Assembly (NCBI GenBank): GCA_964016885.1
Contig: OZ024755.1
Location: 5,394,001-5,458,000, forward strand
Direction of reading: 5' to 3'
DNA length: 64,000 nt
DNA from: Eledone cirrhosa
Taxonomy: Eukaryota
Positions 1 to 13,454 of this stretch are shown here, one piece after another (the first letter of the stretch is position 1; the number at the start of each line of letters is the position of its first letter). Below the pieces are notes generated by a model, which was given only the letters and a program-made list of their open reading frames with translations, had not been told where the DNA came from and made no database searches. The position numbers were made by a program, and so were the translations under genes.

Positions 1-195
1 CACATATATATATATATCAGAGCAAACATCACGGACGCTCTATCTCAAAATTATTTTTGAAAAGCATTAGAAATGCGCAACCGGTTATACTTAAAACCAA
101 AACTGAACACTAACCAATACAATTACTAATTCTCACTTATTCCTAATTAAACTATTTTTCACTGAACAATTTGTCAGCATTTTCTATTCCGATTA

Positions 196-230
<35 letters not shown>

Positions 231-232
<2 letters not shown>

Positions 233-420
233 CAAAGGAAATGTGGTAAGGAACCAGGTGGACCATAACGCACCAAAGTACTCAATACTTGGGGTAGTAG
301 AGTGGGTAATAGGAACCAGTAAGACCCCGACGGCTGAGCTCAAGCCGTTTCGACGGCTAATTCTGGTCCAGAATTAGCCGTCGAAATGGCTTGAGCTCAG
401 CCGTCGGGGTCTTACTGGTT

Positions 421-425
<5 letters not shown>
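231..425. mobile_element. Penelope-like element end with fold-back palindrome, in (TA)n
   Basis: 58-bp arms 309-366 / 368-425, 1-nt spacer, 1 mismatch; relatives at 20333-20437 and 34001-34118. Confidence 0.6.
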
Positions 426-475
<50 letters not shown>

Positions 476-1401
476 AAATAGAGGTCATTGACTAGAATGA
501 ACACAACCTTGGTCGTTTTCTCACTCACTCGATAATTTAATTAAGTCTTTATTATTGAAATATAAACCCAACAAAATAGAGGGTACACATGTATGTTAAT
601 CAGTGACCTGTGTATATATCGATGTTGTGGTATTTTATGGTCACATGCATTTGGTCGCTTTATTATTTTTGGTGTCACACTTCATTAACTTTTTGTGTTT
701 ACTCTGGATTAAAATGTATTAACTTTTCACATCAGTGAGTGCTTTGTGTCAGCCCCAAACAATTCGATTGGTACCTGCTATACTGTAGCTACAACTTCGA
801 TCTATACCCATATATATAGATATATAGTGGCCAAAAAATGGGAGGTTATATCCATAGTAAGTAGAGCACTCAGTCCAGAGGGCGAGTTCGGTGTGTGTGT
901 GTATATATACACACATACACACATATATATATATATATCTCGTTTAAGGCTACCTAAGCTCAGTAATCTATACTGAGGAATATTTCAGCATACGGTGCTA
1001 GTTGACTCAACAAGATGCTTATATATATATATATACATACACACACACAGACACACAAATTCCCGATCATGCATTTTCATGGAACCACTGGTTTCAAATA
1101 AATCTTCCACAATTTACATCATGTTATCTCGTTATGAGTTCACTAACGAAGAAATGGATGAGACAGTTCATACATTCTGTTGGGCCAACTTATTAATTTA
1201 TGTATTACAGACATATAATTAAAAATCATATTATATAATTACATACATAGTTATACCTAATTCATTTTTAATCATACATAATATATAATTACCAATTGTG
1301 TTATTATATAATTAAATGTTATATAAAATTTATGTATAGATAAAATATATCCAATAAGTATATATATATATATATATGTACAAAAACCACACATAATATA
1401 C

Positions 1402-1448
<47 letters not shown>

Positions 1449-3112
1449 AATATTACAATAACTATATGTATATAATGTATGTTTAATAAATAAATATAGA
1501 TATAATATAATTGATAATTATATACACAATATATATGTGTATGCATGTATGTATATTTATATATATATATATGTGTGTGTATATATATATTTATTATGGG
1601 GTAAGTAGTTTATATAATTAATTCTATTTCAATCCCCCCCCCCCCCCCCCCCTCTCTCAATATATATATGTGTGTGTATGTGTGTGTATGTGTTCAAATT
1701 AATATTTTAATAACAATTATATCAATAAAAACAATAACTGTAATGATTAAATTAATAATAATAATTATTATTATTATGATAATTTTATTAAAACAATGAA
1801 AATAATAAATTTCTCTCTGGTGAAGGAATCAATCACTAGAGATGAGAGAAAGAGTGAGTACAACCGCAAAACAATGATGGATAGATATAGTTTGATCGAC
1901 AAGATCCCAGACTTTATTTGCTTATCCAGTGGGGTGGAACTTATCAAATTGGACCAAGGACACAGTGAGGACAATCAATGGCATAAAAACACAAGTAGTA
2001 GCTTAGATATTACAAAAAAAACCCCAATCAATTGGTAGTTAGCAAGACATGATAGGATCCCAAATCTCTGGTTTAAATATTTATCAGTGACACATAACAA
2101 ACTAGCAGAAATATGTAACCATTTTGATACAAACTCATCCCAGGCCATCTTTGGCTCCCATGAAACAAAACTATCCATTTCAAAGGGTATCCATTTAAAT
2201 ATTTAAGCCTTCCAACATATTTTGATATTAGGATCCCTGCTTTGTTACAAATGTCATTGTAATAAAGAAAAAGTAATAAGAATTTCAGCAAATCACTCAA
2301 AATTCTTCATTGATTCAAATATAGTCTACCCCCTCCTTACAATATGGTAATATAAGGGTTAATAAGATATTGATGAAGCTCAAAACAACATCTGATTGGC
2401 TCACTGAAGTGGGGAAGGACCCCATCTTAATGCCTCAAATTAAGAATTAGTATGTCATAACTACTCCAGACCCACAACCTACCTTTTTACAGCCTATAAA
2501 GTCTTAAAACCAATAGTTATCACAGAGAATAAAATACACATCTGGTAAAAAGAAACATCACCTGTTTCCAGAAGAATATAATGGTTGTTGAAAAATCTCA
2601 TATGGTTATAAATAGAAAATACTGACAAATGTAACCGACATGTTAAAACAAATTGGATTCTGATAAGAAATCTATGAGTGGAGAATCAACCCAACTTGGT
2701 CACTGAAGATGATAAACAATTAGAAACACTACAGCAGATAGTAAACAGATTTAATTCACCAAATGATATGATTCAACAAAGTAACATTGAAGAGAGAAAA
2801 ATTTAACTAAGAACACTAGTATTATGGAAGATGAAGAGACAGAGATAACAGAAGTAGATTTCAAAAAAAGCTGAAAATGGGACAATAAAAGCATGTCCAA
2901 CACGCTACTGATTCTGCCAATATATAGATCAGCAAGAATTATCCAGAAAGTTCTTAAGAGAAATTTGGGACAGCTATGAATAATGTGGAGGGACCTTAAT
3001 AGGAGTAGAAAGGTAAAAATGCTTCTCATTCTAAACCAGGGTTGTGGTTTGACAGGAGGCATATTGATACTGGCCAAAACATCAATTCTGTATAACAATA
3101 TAACAGTAATAA

Positions 3113-3480
3113 TAATAATGATTTCTACTTTTGGCACAAGGCCAACAATTTGAAGGGAAGGAGAAAGGAGAAAGTTGATTAAATCGACCCCAGTGCATGA
3201 CTGGTACTTTATTTTATCCACCCTATATGGATGAAAGGCAAAGCTAACCTCGGCAGGATTTGAACTCAGAATGTAAAGGGCCATAAGTCTATGCTGCAAA
3301 GCATGTTGTCATAATAATAATTGTTTTTACTTTTGGCAGAATGCCAACAATTTGAAGGGAAGGAGAAAGTTGATTAAATTGACCCCAGCATTACTGGTAC
3401 TTTATTTTATCGACCCTATAAGGATGAAAGGCAAAGCTAACCTTGGCGGAATTTGAATTCAGAACGTAAAGGAGTGTAAT
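3113..3480 (-). mobile_element. Two tandem SINE family B copies
   Basis: 3113-3310 and 3312-3480 both match the reverse complement of 47241-47426. Confidence 0.85.
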
Positions 3481-3869
3481 CATAAGCAAAAAAAAAAGAA
3501 GGAAAAAGCCACTCTTTTCAAAATAAACAAAATAAAAATTAACCCTCGTTCCTCCCCAAAACAAAACTCAGTTATAAACCACTGCTGAGAAAGTACAGTA
3601 TGTTTTGATGTAGAACAGAACATAAATATATTTACAGAGTAAATAGGAAAACAAATCGAATTAATATTTTATTGGAAAATACAAACAACCACGAATAATT
3701 ATTTAACATTTAACCTTTAGACAAATTTTCTCCAACTTGATATATTATTGCAGTTTATTTGTCCAGTAGAAATTTGCTGTGTACATCATATATTCATCAT
3801 ATAGTCATATGACATATATATATGTAGACATACATATAATAAAATACACACGTAATTTGTTTTATATAT

Positions 3870-3931
<62 letters not shown>

Positions 3932-4355
3932 GTCTGTTTGTTCTTCACACTTATAATTTTATATATATATATATATAAAATTAAAAGTGTGAAGGACATT
4001 ATATATATATATATATTTTTTATTCTTGGTGATTTCATATGAATGAAACAGTTCTAGTCTTGTAGAAGTCATTTCTATACAAATAAAATTGCCTATACCC
4101 TACCAATAAATTAAGTACCGTTTTTAATTGTGGTTACCCCTGACATAACTTAGGAATCTATCTACAATAATTCTAATTAAGAATTCATTTTAGAAAACTA
4201 ATTTAGTTACCAACCTGGCTAAAACTGACTCTAGTTCTATGAAATAAAACCACCCATTTAAATTAAAATCTTCCAAAATTTTATATGAGAACCTTACCTA
4301 TCTTAGTAATTAAATAAATAATCATTTTAATAAATCCCTCAAAATTCTTCATTAA

Positions 4356-4611
4356 CCCTTTAGCATTCACATTACTCTATATATACTATTATATTTTAAT
4401 GGTAAAGGCTCACATAATTATCTCCCATAACATTTACATTAATTTATATATACTATTATATTTTTATGGTAAAGGCTTTACCTCATAATTATCTCACATA
4501 ATATCGAATCTATGAGATTTTGAAAGTATTTATTTTGAAAACAATACCTTAACATCAGTTTGAGCGACCAGTTAGAGGTAGAGAATTCTAGCCGGTTTGA
4601 ACACTAAAGGG
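4356..4611. mobile_element. piggyBac-type MITE, family C, nested in a family D MITE
   Basis: TTAA|CCCTTTAGCATTCAC...CACTAAAGGG|TCAA; homologous to 44142-44363. Confidence 0.75.
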
Positions 4612-4816
4612 TCAATTAATTGTAATAGAATGTATTTCATTGGAAATGCACACATGAAAAGGTTAAGGGAGAGCAGACAAGGTGATAGAACTGAAAATAT
4701 TTTGGTTTTATTGGAGAGAGAGAGAATGGGTGGCGGGGATTGACCCCCAGTAGTGTTGCATCGGTACTTTATTTATCGCAACTGAAAGGTAGATTTGATG
4801 TTGGCCAAACATTCAG

Positions 4817-4988
4817 AATAATTGTTTCTACTTTTGGCACAAGGCCAGCAATTATCCCAGTGTATTACTGGTACTTTATTTTATCAACCCCGTAAGGATG
4901 AAAGGCGGATTTGAACTCAGACCGTAAAGGGCCGTAACTCTATGCTGCAAAGCAGGATGTCCGACCCTCTACCGATACTGCCAATCCA
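4817..4988 (-). mobile_element. SINE family B
   Basis: Matches the reverse complement of 47241-47426; fragments also at ~4738-4790 and 5420-5481. Confidence 0.85.
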
Positions 4989-5273
4989 TGCAGAATAATA
5001 GTAGACATTAAAGTTATATTAAATACAATGATAGGCTGGCAGTGATGGTGGTGGTGGTGGTGGTAGTGTTGTTGTTGTTGGTGTTGCGTGTAGTGTGTTA
5101 TGTATGTCAGAGTGTTTATAATAAAGCAGCTGTCACTAGAAGCAACACGGTTCAATAAATAAATGGAGCAATATTACTACATCTATTATGTAAAATAATA
5201 AACTGCATAGGATTCATTTGCTCCCACCTTTTGCAGCTTTAGCTTGGCGCAACTAGATAGAAACAAGCAAAGG

Positions 5274-5304
<31 letters not shown>

Positions 5305-5835
5305 GAACCTCATATTTCTTACACCCTTCACATATACATAGGGACATGAAAACTATGTACTAATGAATAATTATAAATACATATGAATATACTCAAGAAT
5401 ATATCATATATATATATATAATTGTTTCTACTTTAGGCACAAGACCAACAATTACCCAGTGCATTACTGGTACTTTATTTTATATATATAATGAAAATAA
5501 AAGTTGTCTGCTAGGAATCATAGGTATTTCTTTGCCCTATATATATATATAAAACACATGTATGTCTGTAGCAATTACAATATCCAAAAGTATGAAGAGA
5601 GCTCAAAATCCTATGAATAGAGTTATATGATTTAATAGTAGTATGTATGTATGTGTGTGTATGTATGTATGTATGTAGAGAGAGAGAGAGAGAGAAAGAG
5701 TGATTCATGTACATAGGCATACTTAGACAGGCTAATATATACTAAGGTATATTAATACATGTATTTACTTTGAAATATACTTGTGTACAGGCAGCAAGAG
5801 TTTCTTTAATAATTTATAAACACACACACACAGAT

Positions 5836-6026
5836 ATATGTATCATCCTATATATATATCATCCTATATATATATCATCCTATATATATATCATCCTATA
5901 TATATATCATCCTATATATATATCATCCTATATATATATCATCCTATATATATATATATATATATATATATCATCCTATATATATATATATATATATCAT
6001 CCTATATATATATATATATATATCAT

Positions 6027-6061
<35 letters not shown>

Positions 6062-6062
6062 T

Positions 6063-6095
<33 letters not shown>

Positions 6096-6096
6096 T

Positions 6097-6131
<35 letters not shown>

Positions 6132-6160
6132 TCCTATATATATATATATATATATATCAT

Positions 6161-6195
<35 letters not shown>

Positions 6196-6196
6196 T

Positions 6197-6233
<37 letters not shown>

Positions 6234-6234
6234 T

Positions 6235-6267
<33 letters not shown>

Positions 6268-6268
6268 T

Positions 6269-6335
<67 letters not shown>

Positions 6336-6336
6336 T

Positions 6337-6407
<71 letters not shown>

Positions 6408-6408
6408 T

Positions 6409-6445
<37 letters not shown>

Positions 6446-6446
6446 T

Positions 6447-6495
<49 letters not shown>

Positions 6496-6496
6496 T

Positions 6497-6547
<51 letters not shown>

Positions 6548-6548
6548 T

Positions 6549-6597
<49 letters not shown>

Positions 6598-6598
6598 T

Positions 6599-6651
<53 letters not shown>

Positions 6652-6652
6652 T

Positions 6653-6693
<41 letters not shown>

Positions 6694-7392
6694 TCCTATA
6701 TATATATATATATATATATATATCATCCTATATATATATATATATATATATATCATCCTATATATATATATATATATATATATCATCCTATATATATATA
6801 TATATATATATATATCATCCTATATATATATATATATATATATATATCATCCTATATATATATATATATATATATATCATCCTATATATATATATATATA
6901 TATATATCATCCTATATATATATATATATCATCCTATATATATATATATATATATATATCATCCTATATATATATATATATATATATATATCATCCTATA
7001 TATATATATATATATATATATCATCCTATATATATATATATATATATATATCATCCTATATATATATATATATATATATATATCATCCTATATATATATA
7101 TATATATATATATCATCCTATATATATATATATATATATATATCATCCTATATATATATATATATATATATATATCATCCTATATATATATATATATATA
7201 TATATATCATCCTATATATATATATATATATATATATCATCCTATATATATATATATATATATATATATCATCCTATATATATATATATATATATATATA
7301 TCATCCTATATATATATATATATATATATATCATCCTATATATATATATATATATATCATCCTATATATATATATATATATATATATATCAT

Positions 7393-7427
<35 letters not shown>

Positions 7428-7600
7428 TCCTATATATATATATATATATCATCCTATATATATATATATATATCATCCTATATATATATATATATATCAT
7501 CCTATATATATATATATATATCATCCTATATATATATATCATCCTATATATATATATATATATATGTATCATCCTATATATATATATATATGTATCATCC

Positions 7601-7631
<31 letters not shown>

Positions 7632-7636
7632 CATCC

Positions 7637-7667
<31 letters not shown>

Positions 7668-8095
7668 CATCCTATATATATATATATATATATGTATCAT
7701 CCTATATATATATATATATATATGTATCATCCTATATATATATATATATGTATCATCCTATATATATATATATATGTATCATCCTATATATATATATATA
7801 TGTATCATCCTATATATATATATATATATATGTATCATCCTATATATATATATATATATATATATCATCCTATATATATATATATATATATATATGTATC
7901 ATCCTATATATATATATATATATATGTATCATCCTATATATATATATATATATGTATCATCCTATATATATATATATATATATATATGTATCATCCTATA
8001 TATATATATATATATATATATGTATCATCCTATATATATATATATATATGTATCATCCTATATATATATATGTATCATCCTATATATATATGTAT
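5836..8095. repeat. Compound satellite [(TA)n-TCATCC]m, switching to [(TA)n-TGTATCATCC]m after ~7565
   Basis: Direct reading; dozens of units with variable TA length. Confidence 0.97.
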
Positions 8096-8167
8096 CGTCT
8101 TCCTGTCTTCCTCCGGTTGCAAAGTTTTTTGAAATATTCACTTCTGCGTTCACAGATTGACTTTGTT

Positions 8168-8218
8168 AGTTTCAGAAGATCCCGTTAAGGGTGAAAGCAG
8201 CGATTTTTTGCTTAAACT
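8168..8218 (+). ncRNA. Variant hammerhead-like motif (CAGAAGA core) in a Penelope-like fragment
   Basis: AGTTT-CAGAAGA-TCCC gttaa GGGT-GAAA-GCA...TGCT-T-AAACT: stems I, II and III all pair. The same sequence recurs in both arms of the palindrome at 59586-59731. Confidence 0.5.
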
Positions 8219-8237
8219 TTAATCTGTTATTTAAACA

Positions 8238-8268
<31 letters not shown>

Positions 8269-8542
8269 GTGAGAAAAACCACAGACCCTCCATCTCAACT
8301 CTACTTTTGAAAAGCAGAAGAACTGCGAAACCGGTAAAGGAACCAAATAAATATATATATTTTTAAAAATAAGACTCCAGTTGCATTTTCGATTTCATCT
8401 TTTTTCTTTATATATATATATATATATATATATTCAATCAGGTTCGATCCTTAATAGATCGTTCCTTGAACTGATCGACAGTGAAACATATGTAATATGC
8501 AAATAAATATGTATATGATGAGACACTGATTCCTTGTTCCTT

Positions 8543-8575
<33 letters not shown>

Positions 8576-8752
8576 TATTGATACTGTGCTCCCCAAGAGC
8601 ATTGAGTGCTCATTCGGCATATCACCTATGAATGCATTTAATTTGCACCTTAAAACCTATATATATATATATATATATATATATACTGGACCAAGTCTAT
8701 ATAATCCTGTATGTATATATTCCAGGACCAAGTATATATAATCCTATATAAT

Positions 8753-8843
<91 letters not shown>

Positions 8844-8964
8844 ATTTCTGTATGTGTATTTGTACTGGTCAAAATGTCAAGGTCACTAAGAGAGCCACTA
8901 CCAATAAGTGGTAAAAGTATATTGTTGGTGTGGGTCATTATTGTCCTCACTCAGATATCATATA

Positions 8965-9460
8965 TCTGGGATATCTTCCATGTTCTATCTTGAACAACAC
9001 TGATGTGTGATATCCTTCATGTTCTGTCTTGAACAACAGTGATAGCATGTGATATCCTTCCTGTTCTATCTTGAACAACAGTGATAGCATGTGATATCTT
9101 TCATGTTATGTCTTGACCAATCCTGATGTGTGATATCTTTCATGTTATGTCTTGACCAATCCTGATGTGTGATATCTTTCATGTTCTATCTTGAACAACA
9201 GTGATAGCATGTGATATCTCTCAGGTCTGTCTAGAACAACAGTGATAGCATGCGATATCTTTCATGTTCTGTCTTGACCAACCCTGATGTGTGATATCTC
9301 TCAGGTTCCGTCTAGAACAACAGTGATGTGTGATATCTCTCAGGTTCTGTCTAGAACAACAGTGATAGCATGCGATATCTTTCATGTTATGTCTTGGAGA
9401 ACACTGCTATGTGATATCTTTTAGGTTCTATCTTGGAGAACACTGATGGCATGTCTGCCT
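8965..9460. repeat. Minisatellite, 39/42-bp units, ~12 copies
   Basis: GTGATATCTTTCATGTTCTATCTTGAACAACAGTGATAGCAT and variants. Confidence 0.93.
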
Positions 9461-9562
9461 TCCGGAGAGTAGATATATGGAATACAGATTAGAAATTAAA
9501 TATGTCATACATATTGCACTAGATATGTATATGATGTATATCTGTACATATGCATATCTATG

Positions 9563-9598
<36 letters not shown>

Positions 9599-9601
<3 letters not shown>

Positions 9602-10950
9602 TGGCGTAGCTAGGGTGTGGCAAGCAGGGCACATGCCACGGGCGCCATATTTAGGGGGGCGCAATTTCAACCTAGATCGATTTACATCCATGTCGTTTTT
9701 ATCATTTTTAAAAATATAAGCCAAAAATGAAGCATGTGATTTCTTGATAGCCGACTTCCAGAGCAGATGTCTGATTTGACTTCACAAAAATACATTGCAA
9801 TGACCAATACAAGATAATTATAATTACGAAGCTGGTTTACAAAACAGAGTAGTTTGTCTTTTACAACTGGTATAAGACGTATAGAAAAGGTATCATAATC
9901 CAAATGGCCAGATAGGATCGGATAACTTCTATTAGGAATTCAATTTGACTCCAGTTTAGATGGTTCAATGTTTTCTTCTATAATACAGTTCGTCAGAATT
10001 TACTAAATCGTATCCAAAAAGCAAGATACTATGGTCTGCTGATTGATTCAACCAGGCGCACCAAGAACAACTGTCAAACGTTGTGCGATATGTCGATGTT
10101 GATTTCAATATGAAGACGGTCGTTGTGAGGGAATCTTTTCTTGGATTCATTCAAGTAATCAAAAAAGATGCTGCAAGCCTTGTTGAAACAATCATGAAAG
10201 AGCTAGAAAAAGATGACCTACCACTGCAGAACTGTCGATCGCAGTGCTACAACAATGCTGCCATAATACTGGGCTCCGCAGAGAATGAGAGAGAAGAATA
10301 ATTTGATTCACTTCGTTAATTGCGATAACCATTCACTTAATATGGCTGGTCTTCATGCAGCCAAAAACGATTCTGCTATGATGAACTTTTTCAGTTGCAT
10401 TGACTCGTTATACAACTTTTTTTCTCGTTCAACACGACGATGAGAAGCCCTTAAAGAAGTTGCTCCAGTGGTTGTTAAATATCCTTCCGACACGTGGTGG
10501 AGTGCTAGATGTACCGCAGTCAGACCGGTGGCGAATTGTTTGACTCTGATTGTTCAAGTTCTCGAAAAAATTAGTGATGATGAAACAGAGACATGCGAGA
10601 GTAGAAGTGATGCCAGTAATCTCCATAATCGGATACTGAGTTATGAATTCCTGAACTTGATTGGATTCTGGAACACGATTCTTTCACGAATTGACCGGGT
10701 TCAAAAGAGACTTCAAGATCCAAGAATGAATTTTCACGATGCTGCAGCTGATATAGGAGCCCTTCAACTTTATTTTAAAGAAGAAGGAACATCCTTAATC
10801 CACGAGTCTCTTGAAATGGGCTTCGACCTCTGCCAGAAATGGAATGTTGATTTTCCGAGCAGGCGAGGAAGACGACAAACCAATACCGAAATTACTGAGG
10901 AAGTCGAATTTTGATGCTTGCCCTAGGCGCCGTTTACCCTAGCTACGCCA

Positions 10951-10953
<3 letters not shown>
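9599..10953 (+). mobile_element. Defective, internally deleted hAT DNA transposon (ZMYM1/DUF4371-like transposase remnant)
   Basis: Perfect 18-bp TIRs CAGTGGCGTAGCTAGGGT (9599-9616 / 10936-10953). Broken reading frames give HQEQLSNVVRYV..VVRESFLGF..DAASL..NCRSQCYNNAA, FVNCDNHSLN and SDTWWSAR. Stops and frameshifts present, C-terminal dimerisation domain missing. TSD obscured by microsatellite. Confidence 0.92.
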
Positions 10954-10965
<12 letters not shown>

Positions 10966-11001
<36 letters not shown>

Positions 11002-11560
11002 TAGATATATTTATACATAAATATATTTATACATAAATATATTTATACATAAATATATTTATACATAAATATATTTATACATAAATATATTTATACATAT
11101 ATATATATATTTATACATATATATATATATTTATACATATATATATATATATTTATACATATATATATATATATTTATACATATATATATATATATTTTA
11201 TACATATATATATATATATTTATACATATATATATATAGTTATACATATATATATATATTTATACATATATATATATATTTATACATATATATATATATT
11301 TATACATATATATATATATTTATACATATATATATATAATTTATACATATATATATATATTTATACATATATATATATATTTATACATATATATATATAT
11401 TTATACATATATATATATATTTATACATATATATATATATTTATACATATATATATATATTTATACATATATATATATATTTACACATATATATATATAT
11501 TTACACATATATATATATATTTACACATATATATATATATTTACACATACATATGTATGT
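10966..11560. repeat. Compound satellite [TTTATACA(TA)n]m
   Basis: Direct reading; the last units change to TTTACACA. Confidence 0.95.
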
Positions 11561-12309
11561 ATATGCATATATATGTTGGTATTTATATGTGTATATATAT
11601 ATTTATCGATAGTCATGTAGTTGTGTAGCAGTATATATTAGTAGGTATCATACATTGGTAAAACATTTGATAAAACCCCACCATATAAACTGTAGAGTCA
11701 TATAAATATATCTTATATCATAAAAAATGACAGTTACTTATAAGTTCCTCCTTTTTAGTGTCTCTACCAAAACCCAATATCTTTTATGATATAAAATATA
11801 TCAATGTAAAGGCATATAAATTTACTCTTATACTTGCATGTATGTTCACACACACACAAGCACATATATATATATATATATATATTCACACACAAGCACA
11901 TATATTTTCACACACACACAAGCATGTATATACTCACACACACAAGCACATATATACTCACACACACACACACAAAGACATATATATTCACACATACACA
12001 ATCACATATATACCCACTCACACAAGCCCACATGCAATTGCAAGAATTAAGAGATACCAAGATTTTTGAAGTGCAGTTTTCATACAGCTATATTCATCAA
12101 GAGCCGTGTATTTAATTTTAACTATGTCCCTGCATGAAGTAAGCAGCTGCTAAAGGGTATCCAACTGTAAAACATCGCCCTCAAAAATGACCCCATGATG
12201 TTTCTGAAGCCTGTTATGGGGCCTGCAAGGCTAACCCTTGCTCTAGCAGGGAACCTGGCCTTAAAATGGTGTCTTTGTTATTATAATATATTTGATATCT
12301 TCAAATATA

Positions 12310-12410
12310 CAGGGTGTCCCCCAAAAATGTATACATCCTTCAACAGCATTCTAATAAATATTGCCTGTATAGCTAATTAATGTGTGTATACATTTTGGGG
12401 GGATATCCTG
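12310..12410. mobile_element. Tc1/mariner-type MITE (~100 bp)
   Basis: TA|CAGGGTGTCCCCCAAAAATGTATACA...TGTATACATTTTGGGGGGATATCCTG|TA. Confidence 0.8.
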
Positions 12411-13029
12411 TATAATTCAATGAAAAAAGTATTCCCTCCTAGCTAGATTTTACTTTCATACTTAAGTTATATTTCTTTTGATTCTTGAATCAAGGATATT
12501 ATTTTCTCCTTCTTCTAATATTGCATAATGGCAGCCATCAGCTATCATTGCTCAGAAGTAAAACATTTAACATTTATAATGGCATACACGATACGGCCCC
12601 ATCAGAAAAAAATGTTATTCCAACCTCAAAGCAGAATTGCAGAATTGTTGGAATTTCAAAAGGTGAGAATTTACCCTCCACCCTGTATATATGTGTGTAG
12701 TAGTAGTAGTGGTGGTGGTGGTGGTAGTAATAGTAGTAGTGAAAATAAATGTAGTTCCACTGTGAGGAAAGGAAAAGTAAATATTTCATGCTTAGGGTCT
12801 TTATGGAACCGAGCAGAGTTGTAGATGTCATGGAGGAGCCACAAGTTTAATTCAACTCTGGATTTTACCTTACATATATATATATATGAAACAGAACTAG
12901 TCTTGTAAAAGTCCCCTCTCAATGAAATAAAATAAAGTATCTTACTTAGCGGTTCCTTTTCCTTCATTAATCGAACAGCATTCTAATATATGTGTGCTAG
13001 CATGTATGTATGTGAACTATGATCTCCAC

Positions 13030-13220
13030 AGTGTTGTGAGGGTTCACAGGCAACCTGATGCAAGACCTGAGGCCAGGGAGATCCATAGTTGTTGTCAATG
13101 TGTGAAGAAGTGTAAGTCTCTAGCAGGCTTGAAAAGCCATATCCGAGCGTCCCACATCTGAATCTGACAAGCGATTGCAATACTCTTAGCAGAGCTTGCA
13201 GCCATCATGTATGTATGTAT
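13030..13220 (+). mobile_element. LINE (RTE-like) 3' end with C-terminal C2H2 zinc finger
   Basis: 13081-13161 reads IHSCCQCVKKCKSLAGLKSHIRASHI*, followed by a short 3' UTR and an (ATGT)n tail. Confidence 0.65.
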
Positions 13221-13354
13221 ATATATATATATATATTTAATTCAAGGAACGTTGGTTGAGCAATTAATCGACCAACTGTAGTATAAACAGCCGTAAGCAC
13301 TCCACAATATGGCTCCCTTAAGGTATTACTTATAAGGTATCAGACGTAGTGTCA

Positions 13355-13454
13355 ATATTATAAAGAAAAGAGACGGCTTTATGTATACATCCTCTGTATA
13401 TTATATAATAAACAGAGGATATATACATAAAACCATCTCTCTTCTTTATAATAT
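13355..13454. repeat. Spacerless palindrome with 50-bp arms
   Basis: ATATTATAAAGAAAAGAGACGG...TATTAT|ATAATA...CCATCTCTCTTCTTTATAATAT, about 5 mismatches. Confidence 0.85.

Noticed and set aside
2703-2735. CTGAAGA-TGAT..ATTA-GAAAC hammerhead-like motif
   Set aside because: Stem II is weak and there is no convincing stem I or III; possibly a decayed copy, but not supportable.
1774-3080. Short ORFs in complex sequence (also 41500-42300, 45100-45560, 48780-49300)
   Set aside because: Probably highly decayed LINE remnants, but no motif was clear enough to name a family without a search.
4940-5155. Poly-Q/poly-H ORFs (also 12528-12967)
   Set aside because: Arise from (GGT)n/(GTT)n/(AGT)n microsatellites; no splice or homology support.
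5836-8095. Telomere-like repeat (TCATCC / TGTGGT words)
   Set aside because: Not TTAGGG, interstitial, and the words are separated by variable TA runs.
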